IMG/VR virus record: IMGVR_UViG_2737471848_000002 | Span: 1-8,957 of that record | Length of the DNA: 8,957 nt | Source: a virus | Lineage: Duplodnaviria > Heunggongvirae > Uroviricota > Caudoviricetes | Direction: 5' to 3' (one strand) | Part shown: piece by piece, positions 1 through 5,541 of the stretch | Numbering within the stretch: the first letter of the stretch is position 1 | Layout of the letters: each line of letters begins with the position of its first letter | Program-made: the position numbers and the translations under genes | The notes under the pieces: model-generated | The model's database searches: none | Told to the model about the DNA's origin: nothing | What the model saw: only the letters and a program-made list of their open reading frames with translations

Positions 1-65
1 ACTTTCCAGAACCATACGAATCGCCCGCTGACGGACTTCGGGGGAAAAACGAGTATTTTTAGTCA
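1..65 (-). CDS. IS3-family transposase OrfA (HTH subunit), N-terminal 22 codons only; truncated by the window edge
   Basis: Minus-strand ATG at 65-63; translation MTKNTRFSPEVRQRAIRMVLES matches the conserved N-terminus of IS3-family OrfA proteins as I recall them. Confidence 0.65.
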
Positions 66-120
66 TCCTGTTTACCTCTTTCTCAGGGAGTTTAGTCTCC
101 AGGATTTCCGGGGCGGTTCA
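1..120 (-). mobile_element. IS3-family insertion sequence, terminal fragment (IS629/IS1203-like end: inverted repeat, leader and start of orfA); the element continues beyond the left window edge
   Basis: Reverse complement of 1-120 reads TGAACCGCCCCGGAAATCCTGGAGACTAAACTCCCTGAGAAAGAGGTAAACAGG followed by ATG ACT AAA AAT ACT CGT..., i.e. a TGAACCG-type terminal inverted repeat, a GAGG Shine-Dalgarno and the start of an OrfA-like ORF. The outermost base of the element is at 120. Specific IS name is from memory and not verified. Confidence 0.7.
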
Positions 121-166
121 TGCAGAGAATGGCTGCTGCAATTGAGAATTACTGGAGTGAACCATA

Positions 167-457
167 ATGGCTAACCTACGCAAAGAAGCGCGCGGCAGAG
201 AATGCCAGGTACGTATTTACGGCATATGCAATGGCAATCCTGAAACTACAGTTCTGGCACATTACCGGATGGCTGGAATTTGCGGAACGGGGATGAAGCC
301 TGACGACCTGATCGGTGCGTGGGCTTGTAGCGCGTGTCACGATGAAATCGACCGACGCACCCATAATCTCGACAACAAAGACGCCAGACTTTACCACCTC
401 GAAGGCGTGATCAGGACGCAGGCGATACTGCTGAAGGAGGGGAAGATTAAGTCATGA
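167..457 (+). CDS. Nin-region DUF1364-family protein (YbcO-like putative zinc-binding nuclease), 96 aa
   Basis: ORF 167-457 with GGAG at 152-155 upstream. Five Cys including a CSACH motif (C13, C21, C39, C54, C57). Size and pattern match my recollection of E. coli DLP12 YbcO, which sits directly upstream of rusA in lambdoid prophages. The stop overlaps the rusA start (ATGA at 454-457). Confidence 0.6.
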   Translation: MANLRKEARGRECQVRIYGICNGNPETTVLAHYRMAGICGTGMKPDDLIGAWACSACHDEIDRRTHNLDNKDARLYHLEGVIRTQAILLKEGKIKS

Positions 458-816
458 ACGAATATCAGTTTGTGCTTCCTTACCCGCCGTCGGTGAACAC
501 CTACTGGCGAAGACGGGGAAACCAATACTACATCAGCGATAAAGGCCAGAAATACCGAAAAGACGTTCAGCAAATCATCCGCCAACTCAAGTTAGACATT
601 TTCACCAAATCACGACTCCGCATCAAAGTCATCGCAGACGTTCCAGACTCCCGCCGCCGCGACCTCGACAACATCCTGAAAGGTTTACTCGACTCCCTTA
701 TCCACGCCGGATTTGCGGAAGACGACGAGCAATTCGATGACATTCGCGTAATTCGTGGTGTGAAAGTACCAGGCGGACGGCTTGGAATAAAAATCACCGA
801 ACTGGAGAACGTATGA
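454..816 (+). CDS. rusA: Holliday junction resolvase RusA (crossover junction endodeoxyribonuclease), 120 aa
   Basis: Translation MNEYQFVLPYPPSVNTYWRRRG...DSRRRDLDNILKGLLDSL...GGRLGIKITELENV aligns along its whole length with E. coli RusA as recalled ([20 protein letters not shown]...DRRRRDLDNLQKA...GGRLELTITEMGNE), including the acidic catalytic cluster D-x4-D-x-D. Translationally coupled to both neighbours. Confidence 0.88.
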   Translation: MNEYQFVLPYPPSVNTYWRRRGNQYYISDKGQKYRKDVQQIIRQLKLDIFTKSRLRIKVIADVPDSRRRDLDNILKGLLDSLIHAGFAEDDEQFDDIRVIRGVKVPGGRLGIKITELENV

Positions 817-1001
817 ACGCCACAATTAAAACGATACCAGAGCTTCTTATCCAGACAAGAGGCAATCAGACCGAAGTGGCGAGGATGCTTTCCTGCGCAA
901 GAGGAACAGTGCTCAAGTACAACCGAGACAGAAAAGGCGAGCGTCACGTAATAGTTAACGGCGTCCTGATGGTCAAACAGGGCAAGAGGGGAAGACGATG
1001 A
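813..1001 (+). CDS. ninH: NinH-like small DNA-binding protein, 62 aa
   Basis: Translation MNATIKTIPELLIQTRGNQTEVARMLSCARGTVLKYNRDRKGERHVIVNGVLMV resembles lambda NinH as recalled (MTFSVKTIPDMLVEAYGNQTEVARRLKCSRGTVRKYVDDKDGKMHAIVNDVLMV). The start overlaps the rusA stop and the stop overlaps the Q start. Confidence 0.78.
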   Translation: MNATIKTIPELLIQTRGNQTEVARMLSCARGTVLKYNRDRKGERHVIVNGVLMVKQGKRGRR

Positions 1002-1621
1002 GACTCGAAAGCGTAGCTAAATTTCATTCGCCAAAAAGCCCGATGATGAGCGACTCACCACGGGCTACAGCTTCTGACTCTCTTTCCGGTACTGATGTGA
1101 TGGCTGCTATGGGGATGGCGCAATCACAAGCCGGATTCGGAATGGCTGCATTCTGCGGTAAGCATGAACTCAGCCAGAACGACAAACAAAAGGCTATCAA
1201 CTATCTGATGCAATTTGCACACAAGGTATCGGGGAAATACCGTGGTGTGGCAAAGCTCGAAGGAAATACTAAGGCAAAGGTACTGCAAGTGCTCGCAACA
1301 TTCGCTTATGCGGATTATTGCCGTAGTGCCGCGACGCCGGGCGCAAGATGCAGAGATTGCCACGGTACAGGTCGGGCAGTTGATATAGCAAAAACAGAGC
1401 AGTGGGGGAGAGTTGTTGAGAAAGAATGCGGAAGATGCAAAGGTGTCGGCTATTCAAGAATGCCAGCAAGCGCCGCATATCGCGCTGTAACGATGCTAAT
1501 CCCAAATCTTACTCAACCCACCTGGTCACGCACTGTTAAGCCGCTGTATGACGCTCTGGTGGTTCAATGCCACAAGGAAGAGTCAATCGCAGACAACATT
1601 TTGAATGCAGTCACACGTTAG
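998..1621 (+). CDS. Q: Late-gene antitermination protein Q (lambda type), 207 aa
   Basis: 207-aa translation MRLESVAKFHSPKSPMMSDSPRATASD... with the C-terminal CRDCHGTGR...CGRCKGVG zinc-finger region is, as far as I can recall, essentially identical to phage lambda Q. It is followed by a lambda-like pR' promoter. Confidence 0.92.
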   Translation: MRLESVAKFHSPKSPMMSDSPRATASDSLSGTDVMAAMGMAQSQAGFGMAAFCGKHELSQNDKQKAINYLMQFAHKVSGKYRGVAKLEGNTKAKVLQVLATFAYADYCRSAATPGARCRDCHGTGRAVDIAKTEQWGRVVEKECGRCKGVGYSRMPASAAYRAVTMLIPNLTQPTWSRTVKPLYDALVVQCHKEESIADNILNAVTR

Positions 1622-1664
1622 CAGCATGATTGCCACGGATGGCAACATATTAACGGCATGATAT

Positions 1665-1720
1665 TGACTTTTTGAATAAAGTTGGGTAAATTTGACTCTA
1701 ACGATGGGTTGCTGCCTTCG
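1665..1720 (+). promoter_or_regulatory. Late promoter pR' with overlapping Q-utilisation (qut) site and initial transcribed pause region
   Basis: -35 TTGACT at 1665-1670, 17-bp spacer, -10 TAAATT at 1688-1693, predicted start near 1700, then AACGATGGG in the initial transcribed region. This matches the lambda pR' architecture I recall, placed immediately downstream of Q. Confidence 0.75.
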
Positions 1721-1723
1721 TTC

Positions 1724-1760
1724 AAGCCCTGATATTAACGTCTCGGGGCTTTTTGCGTTT
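1724..1760 (+). terminator. Putative promoter-proximal terminator (tR'-like) that Q-modified RNA polymerase would read through
   Basis: AAGCCC (1724-1729) pairs with GGGCTT (1746-1751), followed by TTTTGCGTTTT. The stem is short with a 16-nt loop, so intrinsic termination strength is uncertain. Confidence 0.4.
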
Positions 1761-2071
1761 TAAGCACAACGGAAAGCCTTCTTTCATGCCCTGCTTAGGC
1801 TCGACACTAAGTATTTGGGAGAGTTGGCTTCCCCATGTGGTTAAAACAGGGTTTGTAATGGGTACTCAGCCAAAGAACCTTCCTGTAGGGCGCTGAGCTA
1901 AGTCTCACGTAGTAGCCACCACATCCTAACCTGCTACCTCAGGAAATCGGTCGAAAGACGCCTGATAAACGTAACTGGTCCCCTTCAGCTATGGCTAGAC
2001 CGGCCAGTCGAAAAGCAGTATCGTCACTGCCTGCCATAGCGAACATAGACGAGCAACTAGACGAGGTTGTT

Positions 2072-2347
2072 ATGGAAAAAATCTCTGGAAGAGAACTGCA
2101 TTTTCTCAATCGAATTCTTCAATTTAAGCAGGAGAGAATTGCTGATTCTGACGTACAGGATGATGAGATTCTCATGGTTGACTCATTGGTCCGTCATGGA
2201 TATCTTGCTGTTGGCTTTTTCGACCGTGATAATAACGGCGGATATCATAGCTTAATGCAATACTACTCTCTTACCGAACTTGGCGTTGCAGCTCATAAAG
2301 ATGAATGGAAATGGAGAGGGAATCCAAATTCAAATAAAGGTCGCTAA
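2072..2347 (+). CDS. Hypothetical protein, 91 aa, acidic; moron ORF under pR'/Q control; no family recognised
   Basis: ORF with GAGG at 2063-2066 five nt upstream of ATG 2072. The in-frame upstream ATG at 1991 (118-aa version) has no Shine-Dalgarno and lies inside an 8-bp inverted repeat. The stop codon is embedded in a strong intrinsic terminator. Only one other + ORF (2067-2255, internal alternate frame) and no minus-strand ORF of 60 aa or more compete here. Confidence 0.5.
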   Translation: MEKISGRELHFLNRILQFKQERIADSDVQDDEILMVDSLVRHGYLAVGFFDRDNNGGYHSLMQYYSLTELGVAAHKDEWKWRGNPNSNKGR

Positions 2348-2363
2348 GGCGGCCTTTTTATTG
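2336..2363 (+). terminator. Rho-independent terminator overlapping the stop codon of the moron ORF
   Basis: AAAGGTCGC - TAAG - GCGGCCTTT followed by TTATTG: a GC-rich stem with one G-U pair, a tetraloop and a T-tract. Confidence 0.6.
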
Positions 2364-2652
2364 CACGACATTTCTGAAAGCGCATTCCACCAAAAACCAG
2401 ACAGACAAAACCCTCACCTTATCCGCTGTGGCTACGGTGCGGTGTGCTTTGCATAAAAGAAAACCAGCTCAATGGCTGGCTTCGTGAAAGCGGGTGGCAA
2501 GAGGTTGCGCTAACAACCTGATGCCGTTTTGCCCGTGCATATCGGTCACGAACAAATCTGATTACTAAACACAGTAGCCTGGATTTGTTCTATCAGTAAT
2601 CGACCTTATTCCTAATTAAATAGAGCAAATCCCCTCAATGAAGGGGTAGAGC

Positions 2653-2856
2653 ATGTACCGTATGGACAAAATCAGAGAATGGTTCAGTTACAGCTTCGGA
2701 GGACTGACTGCGATGGGTGGCATTCTCTCCCTGAATGACTGGGCTGTCATCATTGGTATTCTTTGTACTGTCGGCACATTTGGCATCAACTGGTACTACA
2801 AGCGCAAAGAGCGCGAGGACAGATTGAATGGCAATGTCACCGGCACTACGAAATAG
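2653..2856 (+). CDS. Class II holin of the phage 21 S21 / DLP12 EssD type (pinholin) with a dual-start motif, 67 aa
   Basis: Translation [57 protein letters not shown] has two hydrophobic segments, a Gly/Ala/Ser-rich first TMD and a charged C-terminus. The M-Y-R-M start mirrors the M-K-S-M dual start of S21. AAGGGG Shine-Dalgarno at 2641-2646. Sits immediately upstream of a SAR endolysin. Confidence 0.8.
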   Translation: MYRMDKIREWFSYSFGGLTAMGGILSLNDWAVIIGILCTVGTFGINWYYKRKEREDRLNGNVTGTTK

Positions 2857-3331
2857 CGTAATAGCGGCGATAAGTGGCGGGGCTATTGCTATAGCATCTG
2901 TGTTAATCACTGGCCCAAGTGGTAACGATGGTCTGGAAGGTGTGAGACATAATCCTTACAAAGACATAGTTGGTGTATGGACTGTATGTTACGGGCATAC
3001 AGGAAAAGACATCATGCTCGGTAAAACGTATACCGAAGCAGAATGCAAAGCTCTCCTGAATAAAGACCTTGCCACGGTCGCCAGACAAATTAACCCGTAC
3101 ATCAAAGTCGATATACCGGAAACAACGCGCGGCGCTCTTTACTCGTTCGTCTACAACGTGGGGGCTGGCAATTTCAGAACATCGACGCTTCTTCGCAAAA
3201 TAAACCAGGGTGATATCAAAGGCGCATGTGACCAGCTACGTCGCTGGACATACGCTGGCGGTAAGCAATGGAAAGGGCTGATGACTCGCCGTGAGATTGA
3301 GCGTGAAGTCTGTTTATGGGGGCAGCAATGA
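2828..3331 (+). CDS. SAR (signal-arrest-release) endolysin, T4-lysozyme-like glycoside hydrolase family 24, R21/P1 Lyz type
   Basis: N-terminal Gly/Ala-rich weakly hydrophobic SAR segment [19 protein letters not shown], followed by the catalytic triad E-x8-D-x5-T in [17 protein letters not shown]. Near-collinear with the phage 21 / DLP12 endolysin as recalled. GAGGA at 2815-2819. The start overlaps the holin 3' end. Confidence 0.88.
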   Translation: MAMSPALRNSVIAAISGGAIAIASVLITGPSGNDGLEGVRHNPYKDIVGVWTVCYGHTGKDIMLGKTYTEAECKALLNKDLATVARQINPYIKVDIPETTRGALYSFVYNVGAGNFRTSTLLRKINQGDIKGACDQLRRWTYAGGKQWKGLMTRREIEREVCLWGQQ

Positions 3332-3765
3332 GCAGAGTAACCGCGATTATCTCCGCTCTGGTTATCTGCATCATCGTCTGCCTGTCATGGGCTGTTAATC
3401 ATTACCGTGATAAAGCCATTGCCTATAAAGAACAGCGCGATAAGGCCACGTACATCATTGCTGACATGCAGAAGCGTCAACGTGACGTAGCAGAACTCGA
3501 TGCCAGATATACAAAGGAGCTTGCTGATGCTAACGCGACTATCGAAAGTCTCCGTGCTGATGTTTCTGCTGGTCGTAAGCGCCTGCAAGTCGCCGCCACC
3601 TGTGCAAAGTCAACGACCGGAGCCAGCAGCATGGGCGATGGAGAAAGCCCAAGACTTACAGCAGATGCTGAACTCAATTATTACCGTCTCCGAAGTGGAA
3701 TCGACAGGATAACCGCGCAGGTTAACTACCTGCAGGAGTACATCAGGACGCAATGCCTGAAGTAA
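3328..3765 (+). CDS. Rz: Rz i-spanin (inner-membrane spanin subunit)
   Basis: Translation from ATG 3328, [28 protein letters not shown]..., matches the lambda Rz N-terminus as recalled: one N-terminal TMD and a coiled-coil periplasmic domain. ATGA overlap with the endolysin stop. GGGGG Shine-Dalgarno at 3318-3322. The track ORF start at 3316 lacks a Shine-Dalgarno. Confidence 0.85.
   Translation: MSRVTAIISALVICIIVCLSWAVNHYRDKAIAYKEQRDKATYIIADMQKRQRDVAELDARYTKELADANATIESLRADVSAGRKRLQVAATCAKSTTGASSMGDGESPRLTADAELNYYRLRSGIDRITAQVNYLQEYIRTQCLK
3527..3712 (+). CDS. Rz1: Rz1 o-spanin (outer-membrane lipoprotein spanin subunit), embedded in the +1 frame of Rz
   Basis: Internal ATG at 3527 preceded by AAGGAG (3513-3518). 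Signal peptide [20 protein letters not shown] with lipobox V-S-A-C, then a Pro-rich mature region ([13 protein letters not shown]) and a C-terminus resembling lambda Rz1 (NSIITVSE versus NGIISPSE). Wholly contained within Rz. Confidence 0.7.
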   Translation: MLTRLSKVSVLMFLLVVSACKSPPPVQSQRPEPAAWAMEKAQDLQQMLNSIITVSEVESTG

Positions 3766-3797
3766 TTTTTTTGCAAATCACAAAGTCCATTTAATGA

Positions 3798-3820
3798 GCC
3801 TCGCGATGCGGGGCTTTTTT
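3798..3820 (+). terminator. Rho-independent terminator after the lysis cassette (first of a tandem pair)
   Basis: GCCTCG - CGATG - CGGGGC (one G-U pair) followed by TTTTTT. Confidence 0.6.
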
Positions 3821-3827
3821 GCAATAA

Positions 3828-3852
3828 ATGCGTACCGCAACGCATGTTTTTT
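3828..3852 (+). terminator. Rho-independent terminator (second of the tandem pair)
   Basis: ATGCGT - ACCGCA - ACGCAT perfect 6-bp stem followed by GTTTTTT. Confidence 0.55.
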
Positions 3853-3967
3853 ACACCGAACCTGACCCTTTGGAATGGGCCTTTGAGGATACCAGTTAGT
3901 GCTGGCGAGCCTCGGTGGGCTGGTTTCCTGTGCGGCAAAGGTTCATTTCAAATGGTAGGTAAACGTT

Positions 3968-4489
3968 ATGAATATCGTGCCACTTAATTACAAAGGTGAA
4001 ATTGTCAGTTTCAACACTGATGGTTGGATCAACGTCACAGGTGTTGCTGAGAGATTTGGGAAACGCATTGATAACTGGATGCGTTTGGCAGAAACGCTTG
4101 AATACGTTCGTGCTTTAGACGAAGCGTTGACCGGGAAAGAATCTCAAATTTTACATCCCTCACAATCGAGGTATGTAAAAACCAGCAAGGCACGAAAGGA
4201 CAGGGGTGGTGGTACGTGGCTACATCCAAAACTTTCAGTTGCATTTGCCCGTTGGTGTGATGCTCGTTTTGCTGTGTGGTGCGACCTGCACATTGATAGT
4301 CTGCTTCGCGGTGAACTGACTGAGCAGCAGAAATATGAGCAAGCATGTCGCATTCGCGATGACCGGAAATCAAAAGCCAGCAATGGGGCAAGAGAGATGG
4401 CTCGCTGGCGATGGGATAAGCCGGTTATTGAAGCAAATGTCGAGTACTGGCGCGAGCAACTGCAGTTGACTCTCGATATCGCTTGCTGA
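3968..4489 (+). CDS. KilA-N domain-containing protein (putative DNA-binding / antirepressor-like accessory protein), 173 aa
   Basis: ORF with AGGT at 3957-3960 seven nt upstream of the ATG. The N-terminal region MNIVPLNYKGEIVSFNTDGWINVTGVAERFGK...W...L resembles KilA-N/APSES-type domains as I recall them. Family assignment is from memory. Confidence 0.6.
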   Translation: MNIVPLNYKGEIVSFNTDGWINVTGVAERFGKRIDNWMRLAETLEYVRALDEALTGKESQILHPSQSRYVKTSKARKDRGGGTWLHPKLSVAFARWCDARFAVWCDLHIDSLLRGELTEQQKYEQACRIRDDRKSKASNGAREMARWRWDKPVIEANVEYWREQLQLTLDIAC

Positions 4490-4560
4490 TGGCAAACGCA
4501 AAACTGCGTTATCGGAAAAATCAAAGCATTACGAGAACTGAGCAACAGCTATCCATTACA

Positions 4561-4589
4561 AAGCCCATCTACGGGTGGGCTTGATAATG
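4561..4589 (+). repeat. Hairpin-GATAATG element, copy 1 (AAGCCCA / TGGGCTT stem followed by GATAATG)
   Basis: 7-bp inverted repeat 4561-4567 / 4576-4582 with an 8-nt loop containing CTAC, directly followed by GATAATG. A second copy with the same architecture lies at 5169-5201. Confidence 0.5.
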
Positions 4590-4779
4590 AAACCGGAATT
4601 TATTCTGGGTAACCAGTTACGGCAGTACAGCGAAACAACCCAAGCCAGTAAGTGGGGAAATAACACTGGCAGCCACTGAAAGATGAACCTCCTGCCTTAT
4701 GGCAAAAAAAAGATTCTTTGTGGTGGCGGACTGATGGAAAGACATCCTAATCAAGCAACCACTCCACAGGGTCATAATT

Positions 4780-5160
4780 ATGAACGACCAGCAAATCGAA
4801 AAAGAAATCGTTGAGAAAGGCAAAACCGCTCCGAGAATCACTCCGCAGCACATCGAAGACGTGATTAAAAGCGAGCATTACTTTACTGCTTATGATGGAC
4901 GAAATGGTGCCATTTCCAGCAACGAATATTGTGGCAGGGAAAAACCAGAAGAAGGCGATCGTGATTTATCACCATTGAAGTTGCTCACTTTCTGCGTACT
5001 GGTGCTGAAGAATGGCTTCACCGTCACCGGAGAGAGTGCCTGTGCAAGCCCGGAAAACTTTGATGCAGAAATTGGTCGGAAGATTGCCCGGCAAAATGCT
5101 GTAAACAAAATCTGGATGCTCGAAGGTTACTTGCTGAAGCAGAAGCTAAGCGAACAGTAG
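4780..5160 (+). CDS. Phage gp49/gp66-family protein (Phage_gp49_66-like), function unknown, 126 aa
   Basis: 126-aa ORF. The C-terminal segment GESACASPENFDAEIGRKIARQNAVNKIWMLEGYLL matches my recollection of the conserved core of the N4 gp49 / Sf6 gp66 family, which occupies this lysis-to-terminase position in P22-like phages. Confidence 0.55.
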   Translation: MNDQQIEKEIVEKGKTAPRITPQHIEDVIKSEHYFTAYDGRNGAISSNEYCGREKPEEGDRDLSPLKLLTFCVLVLKNGFTVTGESACASPENFDAEIGRKIARQNAVNKIWMLEGYLLKQKLSEQ

Positions 5161-5168
5161 TTATTACA

Positions 5169-5201
5169 AAAGCCATTCCCTACAGAGTGGCTTTGATAAT
5201 G
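5169..5201 (+). repeat. Hairpin-GATAATG element, copy 2 (AAAGCCA / TGGCTTT stem followed by GATAATG)
   Basis: 7-bp inverted repeat 5169-5175 / 5188-5194 with a 12-nt loop containing CTAC, followed by GATAATGG. Paralogous to 4561-4589. Confidence 0.5.
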
Positions 5202-5216
5202 GCTTATACCCTACAC

Positions 5217-5242
5217 GGGATATCTTAACTGATATCCCTTTT
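5217..5242 (+). terminator. Perfect palindrome GGGATATC-TTAACT-GATATCCC followed by TTTT (terminator-like, or an operator-type protein-binding site)
   Basis: 8-bp perfect inverted repeat with a 6-nt loop and a T4 tract, between the gp49-like stop (5160) and the Shine-Dalgarno of the next ORF. Confidence 0.35.
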
Positions 5243-5263
5243 AACGGATAAACGGAGCCAACA

Positions 5264-5506
5264 ATGGCAGAGATTATTCCTATGACTGAAGAACAGAAAT
5301 TCCAGTTAGAGATTTACAAACTGGTCATGAACCAGAACGAAGCCGCAGAGGAAGCATTTCAGTTCATTGGCACTGACGAGCTGAAGCTTGAGCTATTCAA
5401 AATTCACTTCCAGTCAGGCGGCGCTAATTCAGATATCACGACCCGCACTATCGAAGCGGTGCGTAAATCGAAGGAAGCGTTAGACCTGTTCACCACCGGA
5501 GCATGA
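5264..5506 (+). CDS. Hypothetical protein, 80 aa (positional equivalent of the small orphan ORF upstream of gene 3 in P22-like phages)
   Basis: ORF with ACGGAG Shine-Dalgarno 6 nt upstream. Acidic, predicted helical; no family recognised. Confidence 0.5.
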   Translation: MAEIIPMTEEQKFQLEIYKLVMNQNEAAEEAFQFIGTDELKLELFKIHFQSGGANSDITTRTIEAVRKSKEALDLFTTGA

Positions 5507-5541
5507 TGCTCAACCTGAAATGACAACTAAGTGAGATGAAT

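Noticed and set aside
1-171. Frame-1 open reading frame running in from the left window edge on the + strand
   Set aside because: It is antisense to the IS3-family OrfA start and inverted repeat, so most of it is an artefact of reading through the IS end. Only the last ~17 codons (121-171) might be the remnant of a nin gene split by the insertion.
1124-1505. Minus-strand ORFs (79 and 78 aa) inside Q
   Set aside because: Antisense to a confidently identified Q gene, no ribosome-binding site, low-complexity translations. Typical shadow ORFs.
1786-1896. Small + strand ORF (about 36 codons) within the moron leader
   Set aside because: No convincing Shine-Dalgarno and a low-complexity translation. 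Kept only as part of the leader finding.
1991-2071. Upstream in-frame ATG giving a 118-aa version of the moron ORF
   Set aside because: No Shine-Dalgarno, and the ATG lies inside an 8-bp inverted repeat, whereas ATG 2072 has GAGG at optimal spacing. The 118-aa form cannot be excluded without homologues.
2067-2255. + strand 62-aa ORF in an alternate frame inside the moron ORF
   Set aside because: Non-ATG start, hydrophobic low-complexity translation, fully overlapped by the better-supported ORF.
1700-2650. Possible tRNA genes between Q and the lysis genes, as in Stx phages
   Set aside because: No T-arm (GTTCRANYC) or cloverleaf-compatible segment was found by eye. A tRNAscan-SE run would settle it.
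2635-3088. Minus-strand ORFs (91 and 61 aa) overlapping the holin and endolysin
   Set aside because: Antisense to the lysis genes with strong family-level identity; shadow ORFs.
3500-3526. Track start at 3500 for the Rz1 frame (70-aa version)
   Set aside because: The ATG at 3527 has a strong AAGGAG Shine-Dalgarno and yields a canonical lipoprotein signal peptide; 3500 has none.
4035-4545. Minus-strand ORFs (118 and 133 aa) antisense to the KilA-N gene
   Set aside because: Cys/Ser/His-rich low-complexity translations and no ribosome-binding site; the + strand ORF has a good one and a domain-like N-terminus.
4617-4853. Minus-strand hydrophobic 78-aa ORF overlapping the gp49-like start
   Set aside because: Overlaps the 5' end of the + strand gene in antisense with no ribosome-binding site. 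A small membrane protein cannot be fully excluded, but there is no support.
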